A stretch of 61,395 nucleotides of DNA, filler included, from Choristocarpus tenellus KU-1152 (lineage: Eukaryota > Protista > Phaeophyceae), in NCBI GenBank assembly GCA_964200185.2. It is 11 parts of 11 records of this genome, joined end to end, with 100 filler letters (N's around TTAATTAATTAA, not from the genome) between each part and the next. Parts side by side here need not be neighbours in the genome. Positions count along the whole stretch, not along the records: positions 26,640 to 31,699 come from CAXNAD020011999.1; positions 31,800 to 43,550 come from CAXNAD020002158.1; 9 more parts are not named here. The stretch is one strand, 5' to 3'. Under the pieces are notes generated by a model, which saw only the letters and a list, made by a program, of their open reading frames with translations, did no database searches and had not been told where the DNA came from. Of this stretch, positions 26,792-40,926 are shown piece after piece; position 1 is the stretch's first letter; every line of letters starts with the position of its first letter. The position numbers and the translations under genes were made by a program.

Positions 26792-27318
26792 GTGTTATTT
26801 GTGTGTGAAAAATGACCCTAAGTTTCGTTCGAACAAATAGAAAAAATGGCCTTTGGTCGAAAATCTCACTTTTCCTCCGTCTACTTTTCTCTATGAAAAA
26901 AAGTTGGGCTCTGTCTTCATTGTTACCCATCTTGTAAATCACTTCTTGTAGTCTTCCCACATTTCTACCAACTTCACAACGAACTTGAAAGTTTGAGGTC
27001 GGTGGCGTTCTACAAACAAGTAAAGTGACCCACTACCGTTCCAACTCATTAAATAATATACTAGGTCTGAGGTTCCTTTAGTTTGTTCCAAACTCCTCTT
27101 TCTAGATTAGGGCCGTTACTCCAGTTGGTCCTACTGGAGTTGAGGATTCTTCCTCGACCTCTTTGTCGTTTAGACTTGTGCATAAATCGTTGCATCTGAT
27201 CTGCTCTATCTCCAGAGAGGGGTATATTTAGACCCTGTTCCCATGCCTGAAATGCAGCTAACCCTGTCAGGGAGTCTGTGGATGTGGTAAAGAAAACACG
27301 AATGTTCGTTCACACAAT

Positions 27319-27495
27319 GACCCAAAGTATCTGGGGGAGGGATGGGGGTCTACACCAGGGTGCCGTTTGAGCCATATCAAGGAAAAATGCATATATAGTA
27401 TCCATATGGCGTATGCAACCAAATCACCCAAAATCGTGACAAGAAAAAAATGGCCCCAAATGGACAGCCGCCACCCCCCCCAGATACGTCGAGTC
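27319..27495. mobile_element. MITE, short (~175 bp) subfamily
   Basis: gacccaaagtatctggggg ... cccccccagatacgtcgagtc. Confidence 0.8.
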
Positions 27496-27657
27496 AACAA
27501 GTGTGGATGGAATCGTCCTCAGGAGTGCTAGAAGCACATGTACCCAGATGGCAGCAGTAAGAACCCCAAATACTCAACATCTCACCCCTCTAAGATGGAT
27601 GTCTTCATCTTTGCTCATTTGAGACGTGCCAGATCATCAGAATGGACACAGAGTTTG

Positions 27658-27832
27658 GACCAAAAGTATCTGGGGGGGGGGGGGTCTACACCAGAGTGTC
27701 AATTTAGACCAAAACCAGGAAAAGTGCACTTTCATTATCCATCCGACGCATGGAACCAAATCACCAAAAATCGCGACATGAAAAAAATGTTTCCGAATGG
27801 ACAGTCGCCACCCCCCCCAGATACTTTGACCC
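27658..27832. mobile_element. MITE, short subfamily, TSD TTTG
   Basis: tttg|gaccaaaagtatc ... gatactttgaccc|tttg. Confidence 0.85.
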
Positions 27833-28715
27833 TTTGACACCATACATTGCTGCAGCTCTGAAAGACAATTCAATGAGACGAGAGCAAGCTTGAATTGCTC
27901 TTTGTTACAGGGGTAACCCAGTCAGCATCGTATCTATCCAGTCGAGGGTGTTCCCAGACAGATGATGTCCCCAAGTATGTTTATCCAATTTGTGTAATGA
28001 CTAAGGTCATGAACTTGACGCGGAAGTCATCTCCACCACCTGACTGAGTCCTCAAACCACAAAACCGAAGCACAGTCTAAGCATCTTATTGATAGAGGTT
28101 ATCAATCAACATATTCTTGGTACCACAAACAAGCATAGTGAGAGATTTCTCAGCAAAAAACCCGCATGATTTGTCGAGGGTATACACAACGCTCTTTTTT
28201 TTCCACCCTCAAATGTTCCTCCCCTCTCCTGTTTCCCACAGTTTCAGGAAATGGATGTGGAAATGAGGTGCTGATGGTGGAGTCAGCTCGCTCTTCCCAA
28301 AAATTGATGCCAAGAATGCCTGCCATGTTGAAAAAAGAGGAGGTGAACGGAGAAGTGATTGTCGGAGATTGTATGTATGAGGTGGAATATTTCTTGAGGA
28401 GATAAAAATCATGCCGAGATTGAAGAGTGGACATATTACTACGGAAAATGTGCCTTTTTTGGCTCAATATGCGACCTGCCGACTATTCTATTGGTGGAAC
28501 AAATATTGCCCTCTTTACAATAACATCTCTTTGTCCTCGGTCTTGGTATGTGGCCATGGCATCCCTCTGTCTTCTTGTATTATGCTGCTCCAAGCAACCT
28601 GGAGTTTTTAACGTGATCTCAACACTGCAGTTCTTCATAGTTCAAGATTTCTTTCATCAATGTGGGGGTAGTGTTGGCTTTGCTCCTTCTTGCATATCTC
28701 TGCACTGCCCAAAGA

Positions 28716-28892
28716 GGCTCAAAGTACCTGGGGGTGGTGGTGGCTGTCCATTTGGAGCTAAATTTTTCATGTCGCGATTTTTGGGTGATTTGGTTCCATA
28801 CGTTGGATGGATAATGAAAGTACACTTTTCCTGGTGGTGGTCCAAATGGACACTTTGGTGAAGACCCCTCCCCCCCCCAGATACTTTGGGTC
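28716..28892. mobile_element. MITE, short subfamily, opposite orientation, TSD AAGA
   Basis: aaga|ggctcaaagtacc ... gatactttgggtc|aaga. Confidence 0.85.
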
Positions 28893-31800
28893 AAGAGTAC
28901 AAGCCAGGAACAGACCAGTTGAGGGAAGAGAAGACCCTCTTATGAATCTCGGTGCTGTATCTCACGAAAACCGCAATGATCCTCCTTGCCCATCCCCCTC
29001 ACTACCTTCTCCTCCCCCTCCCCCTAACTACTACTTGCCCACTTGTGTCCCATCATTGCCATGCAAGGCAACTACCGTTGTGAAGGGGAATTGCACATTG
29101 GAGATGGACTGAGAAAACAAGCATTGCGATACCATAGAAGTGTGGTACACTTGCTGGAACAAAACCTAGGAATATGAACATCATCGATAGGGACAGACAG
29201 TTCAGTGTATACTGCAGGCGAGCAACCCACAAATCCAGTTGTAATATTGTTCTCTGCTAGAAATGACTTACGGTGCTGGAGAGAGGGATAAATCGTAATG
29301 AGGTTAACACAACTATATCGGAAGTCACCTCTTTGCAATCCGTCTCAGTGATGGAAGACGCTACAGTAACAAGCACACCGTGTTTTCCCTGTGGAGCAAT
29401 GCTTCCGATACCAAATTTTGCCCTCTTTCCAAGAAGGTACTACCTCTCACAATGTAGTGCCTTATTTAGCAGGGGTGAAGCCTCAAAGGAATGGATGGCC
29501 AAATGATCTGCTATTGCTTTTAGGGACGATGTAGCAGCTACTACTTTAACGCTGTTTCTGAAAAAATATGCTGTCCAATTGACACCTGTGCTAGTGTCGA
29601 GACTTTGAAATACCACTGTGTTAACGGTCACTAGCCTTGCGTAAAACTAACGAAACCTCTGGTTGGGGCACTGCCCGGCTAAACCCGTAGGGAATTTCCT
29701 CACTAGTGTTCGCTTGTGTTGGAGTGGACATTTATTCAATCGCGTTGCCCTTTGAATTTAACTGACCAAACAATTTAAAACTTGTTGCATATTCTGAACG
29801 ACATAGCTCCTTACTTCAAGACTCACAGAGCAAATATTATGCCCCATCACACTCAATTCCAAAAAATACACAACGTTTGCTCCATAGTATTCCAGTCCGA
29901 AACATGCAAAACACATGCTATGTCCCAAAACATCTCAGTCTCCTAAACACATGTAACGGATGTTATGACCCATTACACTTCAGAAAGAAAAAAAATCAGT
30001 ACCACAAAAGTGCTCTCATTGTGCATTGCCTAGTAATAATATATCGTTACACTCTACTTTGAAATGCACGTAACATGTGTATGTCCCACAACATGCAAGA
30101 TGAAAACACATACAACTAAGGTTTGAACCGAAATAATTTATGATTGACTTATTAATTGTCTTGATAAACTGACTCAATCTACTTGATTCAATTGAAGTGT
30201 CAACCTTCTCGAGGTGGCTATGAGCACACACTGAGAGCTATGAGGAAGGTTTAAAAAAAAAAATCGCTTTATGCACATAATCAATGAAAAAATATGTCAC
30301 ACCATTAAATTACTTGTAATATATTCTCAATATCACAAAAAAGGGTTTGAAGTACGTTTTAGGATAGCACCTTCAACTGTCTCTATACTCTGGTATGAAA
30401 AGTTCAAAAGAAAAGTGCAATGTCTATTTTTCCCTGAGGTGCAATGGTCAGTATGTATCATGAAACGGATTTATGGAAAAAAGTAGATTCCTACATAGGT
30501 TTCTAGAAGCTATTCGCCTCCATTTGTATTCCGTAGTCTTCAACAATGTTGCAGGTATACTGTGGAGTACATACAAATATAGGTAAGCACAGCGGTGGTG
30601 TAACCTCCATTCAGTAAAACGAGCCCATACATTGCTAAGCACTTCTGCAGCTGCTTCAAATCAATGTGAAAGTGTATGATCGCACAGCAGGCATTTTCGT
30701 CTCATACCACTTTACAAGGGAGCAATCACATAAGATCTTACCATTTGTCACACTCCTTCTTTACCTACCCCCTTACTGTAGCAATCACAACTTTTGAGTT
30801 GCGATGGGTGTTTAAAAGATCCTTCCTGCAGAGTTAGTGTAGGAAAAAGAGCAATCGTGCCTTCCCTCCTCATTGAAGCAATGAAAGAACTGGAACATGT
30901 ACTTTTGCACCACAATAACTCACCATGATAGCAACATGTAGCTTCAACCGTCAAGCCTGTAGGTTGATGGCAAGGCTTGAAGAGGGTGCCCAAGTTGTAT
31001 GGATGCACAACAGCCGAACAATGTAATATAAGAGCGTGGCTTTGACAAATGGGCAAGTTCTTTCGTTGGAATGTACAACAGAGCTCGTCTCATATTAGTG
31101 GCTTAGAGCTCCACAAAAGGCATGGGTATTCAGATGGTGTATATAATCTGAATACGGTCAATTTAGTCTCAAGTTTTCAGATTTTACCAAGCAACTAGGG
31201 TGGCTTAAACCTGCCCTATTGGTGCTGCCCACACATATGTTCACTGCTCATGCTGGTTCGAAAGCAGAAGATGATATACATATATATACATACACCAATC
31301 GCCTGTCACAGAGATACTGTTTCCGCACCTGTGTGTGCGCATTGAGGGCCAATGCTTCTCGACTGGGGATGGGAACGAAGTGTGTGAGCAAAAAGACACA
31401 AGGGAACCCGGCAAGGTATATAAGCAGGGGTATGAAGCTTGCATCATGATCAGCTTTTAGTGTGTACAAGTTGACTTTTGGCAAAGTTACATTGATAAGG
31501 CATAGAAAGACATGAGGGTGTATTTCTTGTTGACAAGGACTGGGGACTAGAGGGAGGCCAGAGTGCCTGGTTAATATGGTCATTCATTGAATGACAATCG
31601 GCACTCCTGAGTCTCCCCCCTACCAAAGTTGAAACCTGAATCGAATGCATCGTACATGTAGGTAAAATGCGTGTAGACTACTAGCGATGAGGAATCATGN
31701 NNNNNNNNNNNNNNNNNNNNNNNNNNNNNNNNNNNNNNNNNNNTTAATTAATTAANNNNNNNNNNNNNNNNNNNNNNNNNNNNNNNNNNNNNNNNNNNNC

Positions 31801-32995
31801 CCACACGTGCGACCAAATCACATCAAAAAGTGAAAATCGAAAAAGGGTGAAAAACGGACGCTGGTACCCCCCCCCCCAAGATACTTTGAGCCAAAAGAAG
31901 AGTGCTAGGGGTGCACGTTGACTGGGGGTTAAGCTCTGACTCATGTCAGCGTTTTGAAATGTTCCGTCTCAACTATATCGGGCTGAATTTTCGTGTTCTT
32001 CACTTCGCCCTCTGCCTTTGGGGGGTAAGTTACGAGGCAAAGTTCAGCCTTGTCATCATTATACTGCTTGTCTAGGAATTGAAAATAGTGGGTTGTCTTG
32101 TCGTATGTTGCATTTCAGCCCTTTCAGAGAGTGCTTGGATTTTTCCTGACGGTCCTGGAATACACTTAGGTCAAGAACAATCTGGAGCAAAGTCTCAGCC
32201 CAAGTTTCATCTCCAAATGACTCTCCAAATGGCTTCGGATCCGCATGTGTTGTGGCTGCTGGAATGACTCGAGCAGGCACCGCATGCGTACACCAAAGCA
32301 GTTAACAGCAAAAATGAACCAGCGAAGTCAGGACTGTAACAATCGTATGGATGTCTCCCTGTGGATGATGATCTTGAGGTCTTATCTAGTGGCTCTGCAA
32401 TACTGTCCTCATTTCACAAGTCCATCATCCACATCAGATCTACATGATATCACTCACGAGTTCATTTCCAATCTATCAATACATTCCATTTGAGGTGTTT
32501 TGTCCTTCGATTCTTTAATTCTTCAGCTAATCACTCCCCCTTCGCCACCCTCCACCCACTTCATCGTCAACTTGTTATTTGTATCATCTTGATTGTGAAG
32601 TTGACATTGGAAAGCACATATTTTCATGGAAGGCGTGAGTAGTTCAGGATTTTGTTAAATTAACTGTTAGGGATGTTTCCAAGAAAAAGAACACCATCCT
32701 AAACACCTTGTACAAGTTAGGGTTGTGGTTGGGTCCTCTGTCAACGAACGCTCTTATACCTAAGCAAGGCGTGGAGCACGTGGTTGGGGCAAAAGGGTAG
32801 GGTGGAAAATCTCCTCCAATAAAAGTGAACCATGAATCGCTTAGTGATCTGCTGCTGCAAAGGCTTCTTCCGTGGAGGTGACAATAGGTAATACAACGTG
32901 ATTAGAGTATTTGTAATCACACATTGCTTGTTATCCATGTGTACCTTGCAACCACTCACCGATCGGCCCTGTGGTATTGTCTCGCCATTTTGAAG

Positions 32996-35900
32996 GGATG
33001 CTTTCTACGACCTGCTAGAAGTGGAACGCTCGGCAACGCCGGTTGAGATCAAGCGGGCTTACAAAAATATGTCCCTACGGATGCACCCAGACAAGCTTAA
33101 TCAAAGAGGACAGAATGTAACCGATGAGGACAAAGAAAAATTTCAGCGGATGAAGGAAGCGTATGATGTAAGAGTCTCAAGGAGAGGAGAGCGCGGAAAG
33201 TTCGGGCACATTTGACATGTTTTTTCTAGGGACAATCAACAAGGCCGTGAGAATAGGTTCTTTCGCACAATTTAGAAGACATGTAATTACGGATTCATAA
33301 CTTGTTTGCACCCTAGTTCATCCCCCCAGTCTGTGATCCTCGATCTCTGCTCAGGTGCTGTCGGACCCACAAAAGCGGGAGCTGTATGACCAGTTGGGAG
33401 AAACGGGTATGAAGATGATGGATGATCCTATCGGGGCCACAGAGGTAAGCCCTCATCCACTATTAGCGTTAACGAGTGAAACGACAGAGGGAAATTGTGC
33501 AAGGTGCGAGGTAATCCTCGGAGGGTGCCTCTTAGTTGTAGTATCATCCTGGAGACAGGGTAGAAAATACTCTCCTTGTTGCAAAAGATCCCCTGTCAGT
33601 GATTTAGCAACGGCTAATGCAAATAACATCTGTTTTCTTGGTATTTTGTGCGGACTTCTTTGTTATACTGGCCGGTAGAATTTATCAACTGCGTCGTACT
33701 TTTTTTTTCACGTTGATTCTTGTTTCGTAAGAGGAGGCGTGTGATGATATTACTTTGTTGGTGTGTATCATTTTTCCTGCCCTCCACCGCTTTCTCATTA
33801 TCCCAAGGATCTGAATGCGTATCTGGCAGTGCGACCCTCATGGTCCCCTAATGGTTGTGAGGCTTATTTCCTTATGTGATCCATGTGTTGGCTGTGTGAC
33901 TTACTGCTGTCTGCAGGACATGGGAAAGAACTTCCTCAACATGGGGACACGAGATCGCCTCAAGCTTGTGCTTTTTGTTGTGGCATTTGTTGGAGCAGTG
34001 CTCCTATTTCCCATTCTCTTTTGTACAAAGGTGGATGGTGACACATCGGCAAGCTGGGTGGCAATATGGACACCCCTTTGGATATACGATGCTGTTGGTG
34101 AGATGCCAATGTAGCAATGATATCGGGCAGTGGAGAATAGCAGAAGAAGAAGGATGGACAAATAGTTTTTATGGTTGATCTGGCGCGTTAATGGCATGTG
34201 TGTGCATTGTACAAGTTTTGCTAGAGGTTTCGATAATCTCTTTGGCATCAACAGGATAATATCTGGTACAATCATGCATTGTGAGGAGGTATCAGACCAA
34301 AGGGAAGTGCTTTGAAGGTGGCATAACGTTTTCTAAACTTTTTTTTGCAGAGATTTGTGCTTTGTAGAGGCTTTACAGATCTCCTACGGTGAAAGCCATG
34401 AGAAGATATAACCTCACCTCACCCCTTTCCTTCAATCCATTAAGTGTGTGTATTACTGATAGTAGAGTAGCTGCATTTACCTCGAGAACGGGTGCAGGAT
34501 CCTTTGCTAGTTGCTTGATATGGAACCAGGTTGGAGAGTTTACATTTTTTCTAGTTCTCTTTCTATTTCTATTTCGTTTCATCATGATTTTTTACTCTTT
34601 CTTCTAGAAGGCCATAGGTCACTTTGACCACCTTGGTCATAATTTTGTCAGAAATAGTAGTAGTAATATTAATACTATTTGAATGCCATGATATAACACT
34701 ACCTTATGGGACATGGTATGATGTGACGTTACAAATACTAGTAGTAATATTGATACTGTTTTAATGCCATGATATGACACTACCTCGTGTGACAGGATTG
34801 TGGTTCTTCCTGTACTACATCAGTCTGGGAAAGGTTGAGGCCCCTGAAGGCTTGGAAGATTGGGAGGACCCATACCCCATGTACATGCGCTTCTTGGGTC
34901 TGTTCAAGTGGTTGCTTCTCATCCTGTTCCAGGTGCTTGTTCTTTTATATTTTTCTGTTTCATATTTCTTTTAATGAGTAATTGCTTCTCTATCTACCTT
35001 TCAACTACAGGTTTGGAACCATCCACAAACTATTGAAGTGTACAATAGTAATGATAACAATGATAGTAAAGTACTGTCAGTACCTGCAAGACTGCAGATG
35101 CTTTCACCTCCAAATAATGTAGTTAAACCCACAATATATTACCCTGGGGGAAAAAAAGAAAAAAAGGTTGGCTTCTTCTTCCGGTTGGGATTGACTCTCC
35201 ATGAATATCTCTTCCTTTCGATAGTTTTTTTCATCTCCTTGACAAGTTTCACACCACCTGTTTTAGAATGGGGGGTATTATAGTGGTCTTAGGTACAAGA
35301 CACATGCAGCACAGTGTCCATTCTAAACCATTTCATGGTGCCATGTCTCCAATGCTCATGCAACTTGTTTGACCCTCTCTGCTATTCTGCCCTATTCTGC
35401 CACATACAGATCTTCCTGACACTGAGGCTGGATGGAGACACTGGCTGGAACTGGTTTGGTGTGTTTGTTCCCTTGTTTGTGTGGGGTGGAATACGCTTGT
35501 GTGAGAACATAGTCAAAGTGAGTTTAATTATAAGGGGTATCATCACCAGAAGGGTGATATGTAGAGGACATCTTATGGCCATATTGCTTGCCATCTCTTG
35601 GCACTTATTTTTCTTCAGTACTTGATACTATATTAGTATGGTAGTATAGAGGTTGTTTCCTTGTATGCTTAGCATAGACTGGTGGGAGACTGAACTCATG
35701 TACTGGTTTGAATTGATCATTACACGATAGCAATCAGTTGGGTTTTACTCTGTATTTACAAGAACAACCAACCCCCAAGAAGGTGTTGCTGCTGCAGAGG
35801 TGTGATGACATCGTCTAGATATATTTTTTTCTTTACTGTCTGTAATGCAGTTGCATGTACCTCATGTTGAAGTTTAGAATGGTACAGTAGCCCTTACCAA

Positions 35901-38900
35901 TATATACTCCGTACATAATGTTCTGGATATGGTTGTTATTTTGAGGAGGAGACCTGTGGGGCTTGGGCAGTATGCAGCTAAATGAATACAACCCAATAGT
36001 ACATAAGAGAACCAACCTGATTTGATTTGGTTGTCCTGGAGTTGAAGTTAGGACATTGAGATGAACAGGAGTTTTTTTATCTCCTATTTTGCCTTATTAA
36101 TAGAGAGTGGTGGAAGGTGTCATCAGAATGTCATGGTGAAGACAATGCATGGCAGTATTTGCGGGCTGAAAATGAGTTTGAAGGTATAATATAGTACCAG
36201 TCACAGCTACAAGTACTTGTGGTGGCAAGACTGTGGTAGTCTGTAGTGGTTATTAGTAGTATAGTGCAATCTATCTGTGCACTCTTGGTATCTCTGATGC
36301 CAACACAGGTATCTCCTCAGCAGAAATGTTTTGTGCTTACCCTCTTTGTGACATCAGAGTCTTCAGAAAGTACCAGAGGAGGGTGAATCAGAAGGTGACT
36401 CCATGCTGGATGAGGAGTCAGGGGAGCTCCCATTTGATGAGACAAAGAGAGCCATAGCTATGGCTGAGAGAAATTCGGCCCGAAGGGTGAGTGAGTTTGT
36501 CTTTGCTTTGCTTTGCTTTATTGTAGCTGCAAACGATGGTGAATGGAGAGGTGCTCTGGGGTGTTTTGCAATATTATGGTAATGTCGAGATGCCAGCAAC
36601 ACAGACTTTATTTCTGGTGATGCAGAAAAAAGTCATGGTTTTGTTGTCCAAGCTTTGGAAGGACAACGGTGTCACTGGCTTTCTGGCTGGTCAATTTCAT
36701 AGGGGTTAGGGCCTGGCTGCATTGACATGAGACCTTGACCTCTTCCTGCTTAAATGAACTGAAACCAGTGTGCTGGCTGTATCCATTGAGTCTACACTCG
36801 AATGCGTGAGGTGAAAGGCTTTGTTCTCAAGTGCCTCATGCATAAGAGTGTATGCTGCCTGTGAGTTGTGAAAAGTGTTTCGTTGACAATAATCACAATA
36901 CCTCTGTCTCTGGCTGTACCAAGGTATGTATGTTAGTACGAGCATGTTTTGTACACGTGATTTCGTCCTGAGTATGCTTGATGGAGAGATAGGTGTCCCC
37001 ACTCTCATTGTCAAGAAGTGTCTTATTCAGCGCTATGTTAAACAGTTTTTATCTTTTCCCCTGTAACGCATTGTTGTTTGGGGTCATAACAGAGTGCTAT
37101 CAAGCACACACTAGGACTGCTGCAGCTGGCTCTGCTGGCTTTGAAGCTTGATGACACGGTAAGAATGCCAGTGGTGTTTATATACAGTATATACAGTATT
37201 CTGGGTACAGGATCCATTGTGTAACAATCTTGAGTATCTACTCTTTGTTGGAGTTGTTTTTATCATATCGTGTTCTATGATGCTATCCAGGTAACGGTTG
37301 ATCTCGATTTGTTTTCTTTTTTTCTGGGTTGGGCAGGATCTCTACACTATTGGTCCATTTTTCTGCCTGTCCTCAGAATTGTTCAAGATAAGAGTATAAT
37401 ATGGTGTTGTTGTATTTGGGTTGTGTATGGAATGTGTTCTTTTACTGAAAGGTAGATGCATGGTCTTTGGTACTGGAGTATGTTACTGTCTGTAACGGTT
37501 GTGTTTGTTGGCGTTTTTTTACGTCATCTTTGAGGTAGTGAAGGCTATTTATCCTTTCATACGTCAAATGTTTAAGACATGAAATAGAGAGATGTTCATA
37601 GATTTTTTGTTCGGGAAGGGTGACAATTAGGGTTACATTTCCTGATGGATATTGACATGGAAAACTGGGGAATGGTACTTATTTATTGTATGGCATTATC
37701 GTTGCTGTCAAGATTACAATATCAAGGCTTTACCAAAGTTCCAGGGAACACGGTTAAATCCGTTTAAGGTCCTTATGTTTTAAATTAGTGTTTACTTGTG
37801 AAATGTTGACCGACACTTAATCATTGGTGTGCCTATCCCTAGTCTATATGCTACACTGGATATAAAATATGAACAACTACCAGAGTGCCTCAAAGAGTGT
37901 CTTCATCCCAACTTGACACAAACCAGATCTGACCTAGAGTGCTGCATGTGCATCATGCATCACATGAGTGTATTCATTGTTAGTGCTATAGTTATTTACA
38001 TTGATATTCCCTTTCCACTTCTTTTTTACCCCTTGCCCTTTCCCTCACTGTTTGCGAATGATGTTCAGATCGATGTATCCTGGTGGTTGGTGTTTCTGCC
38101 AGTTTGGATTTTCTTTATTTTGCAAGTTTTATCTAACGAATACAACCTTTCGAAGGCGAAGAGCTTAATCCAAGATATCGACCCTGACACAACGGAGATC
38201 TCACAGGTGATACAAATATATCACAAGGATAATTGCTGGGGTTTGAGGGTGGGAAAGGGTCGGAAGGGTAAACGCGAAGCGACCAGAGTTGGCGTTTGAT
38301 TGGTTCGTAAAGTTGGGTTTCTCTTAAGTTCACTAGACTATTAGTCGTGTAGGGTAGTGATACATGATAGGATAAGGCGGTCTGGTCTATCCCATAAAGT
38401 GAGTATGGTTTTGTGATTGTGAAGTTGCAGGCTCAAAGTGCCTGGGGGGGGAGGGGAGGGCCCTGACCAGGAGAAGTGCATTTACATTATCCATCCGACA
38501 CATGCAACCAAGTATTATTTGGTTTAGCTTGAACCTGTTACAAGTGCTGGGTAAAAACGTTTCCCTTATGTATGTGGAATTATGTGGAGTATTTTGTGAA
38601 CATACTGTATGCACCGTAATAATTTATATGGTACAGCATGCCATTATGTGATGCGATTGAAACTGGTCGTCTTTTTAAAGGTTGTAGAGCTATGAGAGTG
38701 GAGGCTAAACGGAGCACGTCTCTAAAACGGGTGAGTAGTACCTGGTAGTAATGTTTGTTGGCTCTAAATGTTTGTTTTTCTGTTACATAACCTGTTTGAC
38801 TTTTGTTTTATCATAAGATGGAATGAAAGAAGGCAAAAGTTGCACCAGTCCACCATGGCGCAATATTTGTACCCTCAAGAGTTTGAGATATTTATAGTAT

Positions 38901-40801
38901 TAGTAGCTGAATATATTTAGTAGAGTACTGAAGTGCCTGCGGTTCTGATTTGGGGTATCACATTACATTGCCTACAACTCGCTGAAAAGGGTCAGGTTAG
39001 AATTGAGCCTCCTCCACAGAAGGGCCCATCGCAGGTCAGGATTCTTAGTACCATTTTAGATTTGGTCTGATACTTTCTAACCGCTAGAGTCTTCTGTGGT
39101 AGTAGTAGTAGTTAGGCTTTGAAGAACTGTGTATGACCACCTCAATATGTGACCTAATAGCGTTTGGCAATGACAGTTACAGATACTAAAGCAAGAGCAC
39201 AGATCCTATTGTTGAAGAAAGTAGTGTGTGCTTCATATGAGAAACAAAAACGGGGATGGTTGAGCCACATAGGAGTGGGTAAGTCTTTTCTGAAGGGGCT
39301 ACGAAACCAGATAACAACACAAAACCAGCTAGTGAAGTGGGATCGAGGTGTTGAAGTTGGAAGTCGAACAATCAGTATTGTGATTTAGAATGAGATAGAT
39401 ATTTACGTGAATTAATTTCCTATTTTATGGTGTAAGTTGTTGCATCTGTTCCATTTGAACAAAACTAGTGGAATGTGATGAGTGTTCACGACTAACCTTC
39501 TCAGGCAATTACACGCTGTTTCTTTGTTCAAAATGGTGTTGTTGACACCGTTTTCCTAATGTCAAAGCTGGGCTCGGTGTGTAGTAGACTTATGGAAACC
39601 ACTTGCATGACCACATATCAACTCAGTCATAGTGTACAAATATGAAAAACAGAGGAAGCAGACCACTAACGAGACCTAGGCTTTGTGATGTGTCAAGGCT
39701 TCAGCGACCAGCTCTCTCCACCACTTGTTGAGGAATATTGTGCTGCCAATACTGCCCTACCCTGTTCTTTGGCTAACCTTGTTCTCTGACAACCCCTTCT
39801 GTACTAAATTCAGTTGACAATGTGTCCTTAGTGGAGAGTACAAAGTATATCATCACTGAGCTGTGCTCTATATACCTGTGTTTGGTGTTCTACAGGAGGA
39901 TAAGCAAAAGGTCATGGAGGCATCACAGCTCAGGGCTCATGTGTTTTCAAACTGTTGCTGCTGGGTATTTTCATTCACCACATTCATCCTGGCTGTTGCA
40001 GCTATAACTGGTGCAGATTATTCTGCATTTGTGATCTTTATTCCATCGTTCATCATTGCCGGGTGTATCGTGTGCTGCTTATCGTGTGTCATCTGCTTCT
40101 TACGCGATGATCTCGACTCTGGTGAGTGAATAATCCCCTAGCTTGAACTAAACGGGGGTGGGGAGGGGTGGGGAGGGGGATGGTAAGAAGGCTATAGGTG
40201 TGTCTGGTGAGTGTGCATGTGAAGGGAACAAGGTTGTGCTGTATTGAACCACTTTTTGTGTGAGAAGTATCTAACAAATTTGACGTAAATGTGCCTGTCC
40301 TGTTACCTGTGTGTGTGTCGAGAAGAAGGCACTTCCACTCCCCTCTCTTCTTCTATGTGCAATGTTCCTTGGCTGATTTTAATGTTTGGTGGAATTTCGA
40401 AGCTCCCCTTTTCAACACTTCAATTTATCCTGTGCCTGCCCCCCCCCCCCAAGAAAAAACTGAACTGAACTTCAATGAATTCAACCGACCTGTGTTGCGC
40501 CCAACCATATGACCTGTTGTATTCCCTAGGCGAAGAAATGTCTGAAACAGAAGGCAATCCTGAGAGTGCTGGTGGTAGCACAAATGCTCCAGGAAATGTA
40601 TCATATGGCACCTACACTCCTCCCACTGTTACCCGTAAGGAGGGTGAGGAAGAGGACAATGCAATACCATTGCAGCCTGCACCTGCACCTGCACCAGCAC
40701 CAGCACCAGTGGTACCAGGCTCAACAGCTGTCCCGGCACCTGCACCACCTGCTTCATTCACATCAGCACCTAGTACACACATCGATGTGGATATTGACTG
40801 A
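32996..40801 (+). CDS. DnaJ/J-domain protein with multiple TM hairpins (TMEM185-like repeats) and Pro/Ala-rich tail; first exon not resolved
   Basis: Exons 32996-33167, 33355-33444, 33917-34097, 34796-34932, 35410-35517, 36358-36486, 37093-37158, 38069-38206, 39896-40121, 40530-40801, all GT-AG and in phase. J-domain FYDLLEV..IKRAY..MHPDK..AYDVLSDPQKRELYD. Repeated K/R-(L/V)D-G...W..(I/V)(F/W).P(L/V)(W/F) motifs. Ends HIDVDID*. Confidence 0.9.
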
Positions 40802-40885
40802 TTCACATTTTTGTTGAATGGCAGGCAGTTGGCGAGGTTTGATTTCGTTCTTGTATTGAATGCTGTATGACTGACACCTCAATTG

Positions 40886-40886
<1 letters not shown>

Positions 40887-40920
<34 letters not shown>

Positions 40921-40926
40921 CGTGCG
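40887..40926 (+). repeat. (GT)n microsatellite in the 3' region of the J-domain gene
   Basis: Direct reading. Confidence 0.9.

Noticed and set aside
26588-26960. ORFs with poly-VL, poly-SV and poly-NT
   Set aside because: Translations of the hexamer microsatellite
27319-28892. Repeated elements with unique intervening DNA, superficially CRISPR-like
   Set aside because: Units are ~175-bp TIR elements with TSDs, irregular spacing and mixed orientation, in a eukaryotic context with no cas genes
28166-31150. Short Cys-rich ORFs suggestive of a pseudogene or CxC/KDZ transposase
   Set aside because: Fragmented; no consistent splice pattern or catalytic motif recognised
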